Source of the DNA: a virus
Lineage: Duplodnaviria; Caudoviricetes
Strand: one strand, 5' to 3'
Length of the DNA: 40,039 bases
Virus record (IMG/VR): IMGVR_UViG_3300049828_000506
Span: 1 to 40,039 of that record
Shown here: positions 18,660 through 27,856 of the stretch, piece by piece
Layout of the letters: the number at the start of each line of letters is the position of its first letter
Position numbering within the stretch: position 1 is the first letter of the stretch
Program-made: the position numbers and the translations under genes
Notes under the pieces: generated by a model
What the model saw: the letters and a program-made list of their open reading frames with translations, nothing else
What the model was told of the DNA's origin: nothing
Databases searched by the model: none

Positions 18660-19447
18660 TCGTTGTTCCTCAAGTATTGCATAAACTCTTTCGTCGATTG
18701 GACAGATTGAGATTCAACATTTAAACTCATTTTACTCGATGAATCCTTGATATTGTAGTCTGGATCGAAAATCGTTTTAACGATCACATCATTCCGCTTA
18801 AGAAAAGATAGTATACCTTTCCTTTGGATAATGTTTAAAGCTGGCTTCCAATGAGGCTTCGAAGCATTTTTTAAACTCATCTCATGCTGTAAAACCTGAA
18901 AAGTTAATTCGGAAAAGCTTTTGCCATTTTCATCCATCTCATATTGAGAAGGATCCAGGCTGATCGACAATTCTTTAAGATCTCGCGCCAAATCAACAGA
19001 GTCGCGTTTATTTTGATGAAATACAGTAGTGATGGTCTTTTTAGGAGCTTTTTTATATTCGAAAATGAAATCATTAAAAGGAACCGCACTTGGAAATGAC
19101 TTCATCGTGAATGGTTCATAGCTTTTAAGGATTTCAAACAAATCTACTGCTATTGGCTTAGATGTCTTTATGTCTTTCAAATAAAGAAGCGTCAAATTAC
19201 CATCAACATTGTTAACATTTGATTCATCATTACCAAAATACAAAACAGCACTTGATTCATTATCTACAGATACAGCCTTCAAATGATCGGCATAATTATT
19301 GCCTAAATCTTTAGGTGCTTTTGCTTTTATTTCGGCTAGTGCCGCGTTCGCTACATCTTTCATTATCAGCTTTTTAAATTCTTTTTGTCTTTTATCAAAA
19401 GATTTCAAAAATGATTTTAAATTTGCTGAGTTTTTGACTTTAATCAT
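18656..19447 (-). CDS. Putative tail completion/neck protein (HK97 gp10-like)
   Basis: N-terminal helix then KAP; KPHWKPAL motif; head-tail joining region. Confidence 0.5.
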   Translation of the reverse strand: MIKVKNSANLKSFLKSFDKRQKEFKKLIMKDVANAALAEIKAKAPKDLGNNYADHLKAVSVDNESSAVLYFGNDESNVNNVDGNLTLLYLKDIKTSKPIAVDLFEILKSYEPFTMKSFPSAVPFNDFIFEYKKAPKKTITTVFHQNKRDSVDLARDLKELSISLDPSQYEMDENGKSFSELTFQVLQHEMSLKNASKPHWKPALNIIQRKGILSFLKRNDVIVKTIFDPDYNIKDSSSKMSLNVESQSVQSTKEFMQYLRNNE

Positions 19448-19734
19448 TTTGTTGTCTCATTTTTTACAATGAAAAGATGTCTTGGCATCTTTCTTTGTTC
19501 CCCTTTTATTCTAGCATCTTCTTCATACCTAATATCTTTGCCGAGTGAGATTCCTAATGCTAAACGCGATTTATACCCAAAACGAGAAACTGGAATTTCA
19601 ATTAGTTGAACATCTGTAATTGTAAATAAGCTAAAATCACTTGTTTCATCGTCATCAGAATAGATTACGGCCTCAAGGTTTCCGTAGTTCAAAAGTACCC
19701 TCTCACAGAAGTCTAAAAACTGAGAAATCTGCAT
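19444..19734 (-). CDS. Hypothetical protein
   Basis: AAGG RBS; ATGA overlap downstream. Confidence 0.55.
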   Translation of the reverse strand: MQISQFLDFCERVLLNYGNLEAVIYSDDDETSDFSLFTITDVQLIEIPVSRFGYKSRLALGISLGKDIRYEEDARIKGEQRKMPRHLFIVKNETTK

Positions 19735-19776
19735 TAGAATGCCTTTCTACTGAAACTAACTTCAGTCAATTAGCCG

Positions 19777-20055
19777 CTACAATGCCGCAATCTTATCACG
19801 TAAAGTCGGCCACTTTGTTAGTATTAAGTCCCTTTTCCGACCAGAATTATTGGGCAATGCTACAAATTTCAAATAAGTGAATAGATCTTCGATATAAGCT
19901 TTTACCGGAAAAGTATCTTTGTCAGGTCGAATCCAAAGCTCACCATAAATCTTCAAAGCAACATAAAACCAAGCTGTCAGATCTTCTGGTTGTTTCCTCA
20001 ACGTACATCCAACTGATTTTTGTTTTAATAGTGTAATCATTCGTTCATCAGCCAT
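19777..20055 (-). CDS. Hypothetical protein
   Basis: ATG 20055 with GAGG RBS. Confidence 0.55.
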   Translation of the reverse strand: MADERMITLLKQKSVGCTLRKQPEDLTAWFYVALKIYGELWIRPDKDTFPVKAYIEDLFTYLKFVALPNNSGRKRDLILTKWPTLRDKIAAL

Positions 20056-20067
20056 ATAAAACCTCAC

Positions 20068-20103
20068 AAAAAAAACGCTGAAACTCCTAATTGAGCTTCA
20101 GCG
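20068..20103 (-). terminator. Intrinsic terminator
   Basis: Minus strand CGCTGAAGCTC-aattag-GAGTTTCAGCG followed by T8. Confidence 0.85.
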
Positions 20104-20170
20104 AATACACTGGAGTCTTTATGAACATCACAAACTGATTAATTAACCCATCTTTTAAAAGTATAACAGA

Positions 20171-20404
20171 TTAATTCGAATCAAACAAAACATTAGACAA
20201 TGATTCAACTTGAGTTAAAGATCCATGTTTAGGACTTATTTTATTAAGCTGATTTACTAATTCAACATGATGTGTAATGACATTCATAACATCTAAAAAA
20301 AGATCCTCATCTTCTGGTCTTTCTTTTGCTATTGCTTCAAGTCTGACTAAAATATTTCTCAATGTGTTTTTAGTTTTTGCAGCCATAAATAGAATTATCC
20401 TCAC
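20171..20404 (-). CDS. Hypothetical protein (start may be the internal ATG of MAAKTK)
   Basis: ORF track; GAGGA upstream of the internal ATG. Confidence 0.5.
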   Translation of the reverse strand: MRIILFMAAKTKNTLRNILVRLEAIAKERPEDEDLFLDVMNVITHHVELVNQLNKISPKHGSLTQVESLSNVLFDSN

Positions 20405-21345
20405 TATATATCTATTGAATCCTCATTGCGAACTCGGAAATATTGCCTGATATCATCACGCAATGCAATATTATCGCTAGCTAAAGAATATAGACCTTGA
20501 GCATCGCGCTTTAAATCTATTTCTGGATCATAATTGTTTTCAATCAATATCTGCCAACGCTCACGATAACGGCGATCTTTTTTTCTTCCATGCCAGTGAT
20601 GAACTATAGTTCCTGAAACATAGCCGACATTTCTTTTTATCAGTTTCTCGCAACGAGATTGCCATCGCATGATATGGCGAACGTATTCGCTTGAATATCC
20701 AAACTGACTAGGAAAACTAACATCAGCTCTACCAATCATAGATAAAGCCATATGGTGATCTCCTGATCCTAAGATACCAATATCAAGCAAGCCGCCAACG
20801 TGATTTATTGCTTCCCGTCTAGCAGCCCAAGCAAAGCCTGGATGCCAATGAGTATAACCTTTTCCAAAAGGCTTACCATCAAGATAAGACCACATAAAAC
20901 CATTATGAGATTGGATTAATTCACCTTTAGGACCAAGATCAATGGCGTTTTGAAACATTTGAACAAATTGATAATGCTGAAGTTGTTGAACAGTTTCTAA
21001 TGCCCAATCTTTATTTGAAACAAAAGCAATATCGCAGTCAATCCATGCACAATATTTCCATGATGATGGGAGCTTAGAAATACCAATATTAATCATGTTT
21101 TCTTTGTGCCATATCTCATCATTTGTTCTTAGTTGAATATGCATTGGATTGTTTTCATGAGTCACTTGAAACTGTCTTTCCCCAAGCTGAAGTTCAACAG
21201 TCATGACTTTTACACCTGATTCATGCATATGTCTCATGAAGTCAAAATAAAGGTCGTACCTACTTTGGTATCTAACTGGATTGGAAATAACTGCAACAAC
21301 ATAGAAATCATTTAGCAGCGCCTTGTCATTTTCATGATATGTCAT
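20404..21345 (-). CDS. Putative GT-A fold glycosyltransferase
   Basis: WHKENMINIG, AWIDCD (DxD), GSGD, HHWHG. Confidence 0.6.
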   Translation of the reverse strand: MTYHENDKALLNDFYVVAVISNPVRYQSRYDLYFDFMRHMHESGVKVMTVELQLGERQFQVTHENNPMHIQLRTNDEIWHKENMINIGISKLPSSWKYCAWIDCDIAFVSNKDWALETVQQLQHYQFVQMFQNAIDLGPKGELIQSHNGFMWSYLDGKPFGKGYTHWHPGFAWAARREAINHVGGLLDIGILGSGDHHMALSMIGRADVSFPSQFGYSSEYVRHIMRWQSRCEKLIKRNVGYVSGTIVHHWHGRKKDRRYRERWQILIENNYDPEIDLKRDAQGLYSLASDNIALRDDIRQYFRVRNEDSIDI

Positions 21346-21752
21346 GGCATTTTCCTTTTACATATCCAAGGTTTTTTTGTTTCACCTTCATATGGGACAG
21401 CATAATTTTTAGACAACATATATGATTTTACATCGATGAACCCTGAAACCCTGACATCACATAAAAGCCTGAAATATTTGTCACGATCACAATCTATTAG
21501 ATCAATTTTCTTTTTATGCAAAAGCTTAAAAAGAGCATCGCGTGCAACAAGAGCGTCATACTTTTCACATAATTCTTTAGATTTTACTTCTGCTGTATCG
21601 ATGCCTCTGATTCTAACGTGCATATCGTAACCAAATACTTCTGGAACACCTTTAATATCAACCGCGAACGTATCTCCATCATAATTAGTTTTGAATGCTA
21701 TATTCATAAAATTTGAAGCTAGACTGATTGATAAAAGCGTAGCTCCAAGCAT
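21342..21752 (-). CDS. Thermonuclease (SNase-like)
   Basis: YDGDT, VRIRGIDTAE, DKYFRLL, AVPYEG; hydrophobic N-terminus. Confidence 0.9.
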   Translation of the reverse strand: MLGATLLSISLASNFMNIAFKTNYDGDTFAVDIKGVPEVFGYDMHVRIRGIDTAEVKSKELCEKYDALVARDALFKLLHKKKIDLIDCDRDKYFRLLCDVRVSGFIDVKSYMLSKNYAVPYEGETKKPWICKRKMP

Positions 21753-21761
21753 AGTTGTTTC

Positions 21762-22865
21762 CTAAATAAAATAGTGAAACATCAAAAGCCAAACAGAACC
21801 ATTAACGCCATTTGTTTCAGTAATATCGTAATAACCTTGAAGATTAAAATGAGGAAAGATGAGCCATTGATAACCGATACCATAAGACTTGTAGCTGTTG
21901 TCTTTCGATTTGGAGAATTGAAAGTCAGTCTTTAAATGAAAACCTTTAAAGATAACCCATCCAAACCTTGAATATACAATATCAAAAGAATCGTTGTCTG
22001 GTTCGTTTATCCCGTGATCATATTGTAATAAAGTATAAAACTTTTTTGTTATGCCGACCAGAGCATTTAATCCAAAAACTTTCTTTCTTGTGTCTTCATT
22101 TTTAAAGTCTAAATAATTAATTGAATATTGACTGTATTTTGACTTGAAATAAGAAAGCTTTAATGTGAATCCATCATTTCCATTTGCGACATGATCAACT
22201 CCACCTGATCCATCATCAGAAAAACTTGGCCTTTGACCTAAAACTCTTGTGAATACAATTCCATATTTTTGAGTGAAGCCGCCTGTTTCAATATTAAATG
22301 TTTCCTGGCCTTGATCAAAACCAAGAGATCTTCTTGAAAGCCTCGTATGATCATCTACTAAAATTCCATAGGCAGGGAAAAATTTACCAATTCTTATGAA
22401 GGAACTATGTTCTTCTTGTGTGTTTTCAAAAATAGCATAATAGCGCCTTCTTTCCCAACGCGGAGTCTCACCATACTGTCCACCGCTTGAAACAAATTTA
22501 AGACCAGAAATTAATTCAATGGAAGCCTCAACATCGGCCTGCATTAAAAATTGTTTTTGTATTTTAAAATCCGGTTGTGAAACTTCATACTGAATACGCC
22601 TAATATCACCACCAAGATCTATCGCATTTGGCAAATTAAATAGGCCATATGAAGGCTTAGACATTCCTTCATATGACCATGAATACATGAAAGTCTCCCC
22701 AGCACCTCGACCATACTTATTGAGAATCCCCCCGCCAGTTGGCGATATATGGCAGGTTTGACAATTGTTATATCCATATCGGATATTTTCAGGAAACGCA
22801 TGAACCGCACTAGAGAAAAATAAACTATAAAACCATAGTGACTTTAACTTTAACATCCTTTGCAA
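21762..22865 (-). CDS. Exported protein: CxxCH heme-c motif plus probable outer-membrane beta-barrel
   Basis: Signal peptide ending AVHA; CQTCHISPTGGG; RIGKFFPAYG; alternating aromatic/Gly strands; ends FHYFI. The start may be a few codons later. Confidence 0.65.
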   Translation of the reverse strand: MQRMLKLKSLWFYSLFFSSAVHAFPENIRYGYNNCQTCHISPTGGGILNKYGRGAGETFMYSWSYEGMSKPSYGLFNLPNAIDLGGDIRRIQYEVSQPDFKIQKQFLMQADVEASIELISGLKFVSSGGQYGETPRWERRRYYAIFENTQEEHSSFIRIGKFFPAYGILVDDHTRLSRRSLGFDQGQETFNIETGGFTQKYGIVFTRVLGQRPSFSDDGSGGVDHVANGNDGFTLKLSYFKSKYSQYSINYLDFKNEDTRKKVFGLNALVGITKKFYTLLQYDHGINEPDNDSFDIVYSRFGWVIFKGFHLKTDFQFSKSKDNSYKSYGIGYQWLIFPHFNLQGYYDITETNGVNGSVWLLMFHYFI

Positions 22866-23352
22866 CGGTAACTCCTAAATACGATGGAATCTTAATATTG
22901 AAATCTGTTAAAACAATCTTAGAAAGACAAGATATCTTTTTTACTTCACTAGATTTAGCAAATTGACAATCCCATGTCATGCCATGCTCAACACCATGTA
23001 AAAACATAGTGCCTGTAGCTTTAAATACTGGATATAAATTAGTCGCATTCAAGCTAAATTTAGCCTCTGGATATTTTTTTATTTCTAAATAGGTATCTTT
23101 AATATGCTCATCTCTTAATTTAATTCCGGTAGAAATTTTATCTAAAGAAGATGAGAAATTTCCAGATACATTGCTATCTGATATTGAAAGATTTCCTGAA
23201 AGTGTCTGACTCTTACTTTCTATTTTCAAAAACCCAGGATTACCAACAGCAAACCATTCAACAGAAGATTGAATTTTTGATAAATCATAAGTTTCAGCAA
23301 ACGATGAAAATGGATAAATAGCAAGAAAAAACAACGCTAAAAAGCGAATCAT
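22825..23352 (-). CDS. yceI: YceI-family periplasmic lipid/polyisoprenoid-binding protein
   Basis: Signal peptide; TGIKLRDEH...YPEAKF, G.MFLHGV, DFNIKIP. Confidence 0.85.
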   Translation of the reverse strand: MIRFLALFFLAIYPFSSFAETYDLSKIQSSVEWFAVGNPGFLKIESKSQTLSGNLSISDSNVSGNFSSSLDKISTGIKLRDEHIKDTYLEIKKYPEAKFSLNATNLYPVFKATGTMFLHGVEHGMTWDCQFAKSSEVKKISCLSKIVLTDFNIKIPSYLGVTVAKDVKVKVTMVL

Positions 23353-23370
23353 AGTTTTACCTCGATTTTA

Positions 23371-24018
23371 TTAGTATTGAATTTTTGCTGTAAAACCGTT
23401 GGACTCTAGGACTTCTTCGCTTTTCACTGACTCGCTATTTATCTTGTTATCAATGAAGCTAGTCTCATCTGATTTTTGAAGAATATAGCCTCTATCAAAT
23501 AGCTCTAAGACATAGTGTTCGTTAAACTGTCGATAAACTTGCAAATTAAAAATAGAAGGGAACATCAAACTAAAAGGAACTTTTTTCTTTCCTGGTCCTA
23601 AAGCAAGTGTAGTCAAATGATCTCGATCCAACTCACAATGACCTAATTCATGAAAGATTATCATCTCATTTGATAATTCATTCCGATCAAAAGAATTCTT
23701 ATTTATTTTGATTTCTTTTATTTTTACATTACTTGAATTAGAAGACCATGTTATGCAAACACCTAATTCTTCTGGCTTTAACGAATTAGAGAAAAACATA
23801 GGCGTTGAAACGATCTTACCCCAAATAGCTTCAAACTTAGAAACTATCGGAATAAACTCAACTTCAATCTCGTTTTTTTCTCTAGGATCGTTTTCAATTC
23901 TTTCTATGTAACGTGGAGCAATGTAACTGCGAGGCGTTTCAACTTTAGGACCACAAGCCAATAAAACCGAGAGCCATGAACATCCAAAAAGCTTAAACCA
24001 GCTTCCTTTCAGGTTCAT
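23371..24018 (-). CDS. Lipoprotein zinc metallopeptidase (metzincin-like)
   Basis: Lipobox LLAC; FHELGHCELDRDH; Met-turn-like SLMFP. Confidence 0.75.
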   Translation of the reverse strand: MNLKGSWFKLFGCSWLSVLLACGPKVETPRSYIAPRYIERIENDPREKNEIEVEFIPIVSKFEAIWGKIVSTPMFFSNSLKPEELGVCITWSSNSSNVKIKEIKINKNSFDRNELSNEMIIFHELGHCELDRDHLTTLALGPGKKKVPFSLMFPSIFNLQVYRQFNEHYVLELFDRGYILQKSDETSFIDNKINSESVKSEEVLESNGFTAKIQY

Positions 24019-24496
24019 ATTTTTGCCTACGTTTTAATGAAAGCTTGTACTGTGTGAACTGATCGGTTGAATTTATCCAACCATCTCGGTCAACAGTAAG
24101 TATGTCATAAGAAGTTGTAACATGACCACACTTGTTATGTAAAGATAGTATGTCACCAGGAGCTACATAATCTCCGTCTTGATCGATTGGTACGCCTGCT
24201 GCTAGTAAATGATTAAGAGCTATATATGCAGTAGAAATCTCAATTTCTTGCTCTAAACCAAGCTCAGATGCATTTTCAATTGAAGCCCAATCAAACCAAT
24301 GGACAGGCAGATCAAATCTTTTGTAGGCGGGAGTAGAAGTCGGCTCACCCCAAACAGGATCTTTCCGATTAATGTTTTCAGTCCAGACAGCGATATAGCG
24401 ATAAAGAGCAGCATCATCAGTGCCAAAAAGTTCTGTGACTTCAGCGGTGATTTTAGCAATGAGATGCGAATCTTCGCACGATCTTAGTCTGCCCAT
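23993..24496 (-). CDS. Head closure / neck protein (T4 gp14-like)
   Basis: DPVWGEP and PGDIL motifs; head-tail junction context. Confidence 0.6.
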   Translation of the reverse strand: MGRLRSCEDSHLIAKITAEVTELFGTDDAALYRYIAVWTENINRKDPVWGEPTSTPAYKRFDLPVHWFDWASIENASELGLEQEIEISTAYIALNHLLAAGVPIDQDGDYVAPGDILSLHNKCGHVTTSYDILTVDRDGWINSTDQFTQYKLSLKRRQKYEPERKLV

Positions 24497-24802
24497 TTAT
24501 ATGCCCTTGTTGTTATCCTCTGGTGAAGCATCGTTTAGCTTCGAAATTGAATCCAAACATAAATCACAAATGGACTTTAGATTATCTATGAATTCTGTTT
24601 TGATAGCGTCACGATCTTTTGCGCCTGATTTATATATGCTTTCCATAGTCGAAAGATGAAGTCCTATATTTTCAATCGCTTTACCCATAACAATGCTAGG
24701 ACCATCATCGTCAAGAAACCGTTCTTTTAAAATCCTTGATTTCATCGCTATCGTTTCATTTAAAAGGTCTATATCCATTCGCATATCTTTAGCTGTAATC
24801 AT
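24497..24802 (-). CDS. Hypothetical protein
   Basis: ORF track; abuts the gp14-like gene; N-terminal LLNE. Confidence 0.55.
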   Translation of the reverse strand: MITAKDMRMDIDLLNETIAMKSRILKERFLDDDGPSIVMGKAIENIGLHLSTMESIYKSGAKDRDAIKTEFIDNLKSICDLCLDSISKLNDASPEDNNKGI

Positions 24803-24814
24803 TTATAGATCTCT

Positions 24815-25465
24815 CTATTTAGACTGTGATCTTTCTATGAAGTTAACCCATTGTGGCAAAAGTTCTTCGCCTAATCGCCTCTTGAAGCCCTTGTTTTGAG
24901 TTTGATGGTATTTCCAAACTTCTGCTAGGAAGCGATCTTCATCATTGAACTTATTGCGATTACGATTAAAAAACTCTTGAGCTTCCATGTAACTAGGCAT
25001 CACAGGCGAAACAGCTACATTAGGCAAACGCACATCAGCAGCATTATTAAAACTTTGAAGAAAAGATGATAGGTCTGTAATAGATGGATGAGAAGTATCT
25101 AGATACCATTCAAAATATGCATCTGGCATTCCATCTTCAGTAGAAGTTGGAGTAAAGACACATGATATAGCTGGATAAGTACGCGACCTTACAACCGTAC
25201 CAATATTAGAATATCCGCTATATTTTACTAATCCTAATTCTTTGCGATAATCTAAAGGAGATCCTAATTCATCTCCAACTTGAGAAACGCAATCTAATAA
25301 ATCATCTTCACTTATACCAGCATCCATCAATACTTGATCAGATACCGTTACTCGATAAGAATCTTCGTTTGGAAATACGTAACAGGAATCTTCATAATCC
25401 CAATTAGCTCTACCCCAAGCTATTGAAATTCCGTTTATCTTGTTTTGATTGAATTGAGGAATCAT
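24815..25465 (-). CDS. Hypothetical protein
   Basis: ORF track; operon tiling. Confidence 0.65.
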   Translation of the reverse strand: MIPQFNQNKINGISIAWGRANWDYEDSCYVFPNEDSYRVTVSDQVLMDAGISEDDLLDCVSQVGDELGSPLDYRKELGLVKYSGYSNIGTVVRSRTYPAISCVFTPTSTEDGMPDAYFEWYLDTSHPSITDLSSFLQSFNNAADVRLPNVAVSPVMPSYMEAQEFFNRNRNKFNDEDRFLAEVWKYHQTQNKGFKRRLGEELLPQWVNFIERSQSK

Positions 25466-25468
25466 TTA

Positions 25469-25894
25469 TTAGCCTTTCTTTTCTTTTTGTAAAGCCTTTA
25501 AAGATTGTCCCCACAATTTATTAACTAACGTATTATATCGTGAGAACTTTCTTGAAGCTTCTTTCTCTCTTTGGTGTTGTCTGTTTCTTTTAACACCTTT
25601 TCCTGTCATCGGCATGGTTGAATTAGATCGTCGCAAATAACCATAATGTTGAAAAACCCAACCACAAATATTGAAAGCTGATACAAATCTTTCATGTTCG
25701 GATCCTGATACCTTTTCTTTTACCTTTAGAATACAGTGTTGAACCATTGTGGGAACTTTTCTATGAAGCAAAAGATTAAGCATCGATTCTTCAGAAAAAA
25801 TAAGTTTTTTACCAACACGCTTTTCGATGCGCTTGGTTCTGGCCTTTGCTATGCGTCTGACATAGTTTGGAGTTTTTTGATTCGCTTTAGGCAA
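25469..25894 (-). CDS. Very basic hypothetical protein (possible nucleic-acid binding)
   Basis: TTG at 25894 with GGAGG RBS; K/R-rich. Confidence 0.55.
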   Translation of the reverse strand: MPKANQKTPNYVRRIAKARTKRIEKRVGKKLIFSEESMLNLLLHRKVPTMVQHCILKVKEKVSGSEHERFVSAFNICGWVFQHYGYLRRSNSTMPMTGKGVKRNRQHQREKEASRKFSRYNTLVNKLWGQSLKALQKEKKG

Positions 25895-25898
25895 AGTA

Positions 25899-26102
25899 CT
25901 ACCCCTCCAAATCCCAACCCAAGTCAAATTCTTCAAAATCGTTGAATCGATCAAATGCGCTTGGATCACCCACAACTATTTCATTTTCGTCTATTGTTTT
26001 TAACATAGCATCAGAAAAAGCCATTGTTGGCCGCATTTGATATCGTAACGGAAATTGGCTTTCCATTGAATAAAAGTCAGTATTGTAAATATGACTTTTC
26101 AT
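25899..26102 (-). CDS. Small hypothetical protein next to the IS left end
   Basis: MKSHIYNTDF...; start uncertain. Confidence 0.4.
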   Translation of the reverse strand: MKSHIYNTDFYSMESQFPLRYQMRPTMAFSDAMLKTIDENEIVVGDPSAFDRFNDFEEFDLGWDLEG

Positions 26103-26154
26103 CACTTCTCCTCTCAAGCACGGAAACCACGGTCTTTAGGCTGTGGAGGAGTGC

Positions 26155-26183
26155 TTGACACGTTAGAGTTAATTGGTTAAGTT
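26155..26183 (+). promoter_or_regulatory. Sigma70-type promoter for tnpB
   Basis: TTGACA-17 bp-TAAGTT, ending about 20 bp before ATG 26203. Confidence 0.65.
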
Positions 26184-26202
26184 TCGCCTGAAAGGCGGCA
26201 AA

Positions 26203-27372
26203 ATGATCACGCGTAGAGTCAAACTTAAACTTAGCAAGATGCAAAAAAAGCATATCGACTCCGCCATGGTCGCGTCCGCGACACTTTATAATAACCTTCT
26301 TTCCCTCAATTTTGAACTGATTGACGCGGCTGAGAAAAACCTTTCCAAGATCGACATGATCAATCGCGTGAGAGATTTGAAACTTGGAATGAATCTTGGT
26401 TCTGACATCATTGACCAAATTTGCGGAAGAGTTCATAAGTGTTTCAAATTTTGGCTTTGGTCTGAATCGATCAAACTTAATTTCTGGCTTGAACATGGTG
26501 CCGAATATCGTCGGCCACTCGCTGGCTATCTTCAAAGCAAAGGTAAAAAACTTTGGGGGAAGCCACGATTTAAAAAAGCTGGAAAAGGCATCTCGCTGCA
26601 CTTTGCCGTCAGAAAAACAAGCCAAATGATGATTCGAATCAAAGGTAGATACACTTCGATCACTCTGCCAAAACTTGGATCGGTCAAGGGTTTCAATGAT
26701 CGACAGGCGCTTGTTGGAAACATCAAAATGGTTTCGATTAACAAAGACGCTTGCAGCGATTACTGGGCAAACATCGTCTGCGACGGGGATTTGAACGTCA
26801 TTGAATTCGCGCCAAGAGCAATAGCAATCGGTGTTGACCTTGGTCTTAAACACACGATGACTGCTGCAAACAATAATGAAATGATCAAACCTGAGTCTGA
26901 CCGCTTTTTGGATGCGCAAATAAAAAATGTCCAACAGGCTTCCAAAACGCGCAAGCGCGATCTGCCTTTCATTCACAGAAAAATTGCGCGAAGGCGCAAA
27001 CATTCCCACCATGTCATGGCAAAGAAGCTCTGTTTGGCAGCTCGTTTTATACATGTTGGACACTTGAACACTCGCTTCCTTTTCGCTGGAAAACTAGCGC
27101 GTAGCGCCAGCGATGCAGCGCATGCTGAATTCCTAGCCATACTTTCGCGCAAAGCCGAAAATGCTGGCGCGAAAGTGTTTTTGATAAACGAAGCCTACAC
27201 CACGCAAACATGCTATCGCTGCAAAAGAATGCAAAAAATGAGTCTCGCGGAACGCGAGTATCACTGCCCTTGCGGTTATAGCAATTGTCGAGACGTGAAC
27301 GCTGCATTAAATATCCTTGAAAAAGGCGAGAAACAACGCCTTGAATTTTTTATTCAAAGCCCTGGCCTTTAG
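26203..27372 (+). CDS. tnpB: TnpB RNA-guided endonuclease
   Basis: LYN helix, GKPRFKK, LPKLG, IGVDLGLK (RuvC-I), YTTQTCYRC...CPCG zinc finger, RDVNAALNIL (RuvC-III). Confidence 0.95.
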   Translation: MITRRVKLKLSKMQKKHIDSAMVASATLYNNLLSLNFELIDAAEKNLSKIDMINRVRDLKLGMNLGSDIIDQICGRVHKCFKFWLWSESIKLNFWLEHGAEYRRPLAGYLQSKGKKLWGKPRFKKAGKGISLHFAVRKTSQMMIRIKGRYTSITLPKLGSVKGFNDRQALVGNIKMVSINKDACSDYWANIVCDGDLNVIEFAPRAIAIGVDLGLKHTMTAANNNEMIKPESDRFLDAQIKNVQQASKTRKRDLPFIHRKIARRRKHSHHVMAKKLCLAARFIHVGHLNTRFLFAGKLARSASDAAHAEFLAILSRKAENAGAKVFLINEAYTTQTCYRCKRMQKMSLAEREYHCPCGYSNCRDVNAALNILEKGEKQRLEFFIQSPGL

Positions 27373-27856
27373 GCCAGGGTTGTTTACAAAAGAATAAATG
27401 GGAATCAAAATTTTTGCTTGCTCCAATTGGTCCCATGCCTGAATTCGGTCCAGGTGCAATCCCAGGCATATTAATTCCCCCTGGTCCTGGCAGTGCTCCG
27501 CTTTGTGGAGATGAGCCTTGGCTTGGTAGAGTAGATATAGCAGCATCAGACTTGCCATCACCCTTGCCGTAAAAAGGCGCAAACACCCACCCTCGATGAC
27601 ATGCGCCACAATCGCCATAATAACATGAACACTTTTGTCTTTTACGACTTTTTCGCTCTGTCACTACTGAAGTTAGATTCAGTGTTTTTTCTTCTGATTT
27701 CGCTTTGATTCTTTGATAAATCATTTGAACTAAACCCCAATCTTGGTCTTTAAACTCAGATTCAGGATAGCCTTTTGATTGCGCTACATGCTTTTTAGCT
27801 CGCTTCCATTTTTTTTCATCACTTGGAGTTCTTACATTTCCTGGCATATCATTCAT
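27350..27856 (-). CDS. Hypothetical protein; 3' end replaced by IS sequence
   Basis: DEKKWKRAKK...DWGLVQMIYQRI module, Cys cluster, Gly/Pro-rich tail; last ~12 codons come from the IS right end. Confidence 0.6.
   Translation of the reverse strand: MNDMPGNVRTPSDEKKWKRAKKHVAQSKGYPESEFKDQDWGLVQMIYQRIKAKSEEKTLNLTSVVTERKSRKRQKCSCYYGDCGACHRGWVFAPFYGKGDGKSDAAISTLPSQGSSPQSGALPGPGGINMPGIAPGPNSGMGPIGASKNFDSHLFFCKQPWPKGQGFE

Larger units (their letters stand above)
26103..27387 (+). mobile_element. IS200/IS605-family (IS1341-like) non-autonomous tnpB-only element
   Basis: Left hairpin CCACGGTC-TTTA-GGCTGTGG (26127-26146); right hairpin CCCTGGCC-TTTA-GGCCAGGG (27360-27379) ending TTGTTTAC; visibly higher GC; no tnpA. 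Left boundary uncertain (26103-26118). Confidence 0.85.

Noticed and set aside
26077-27063. 328-aa ORF antisense to tnpB
   Set aside because: Shadow ORF of the GC-richer tnpB with no motifs; only its last codons matter, for the empty-site reconstruction.
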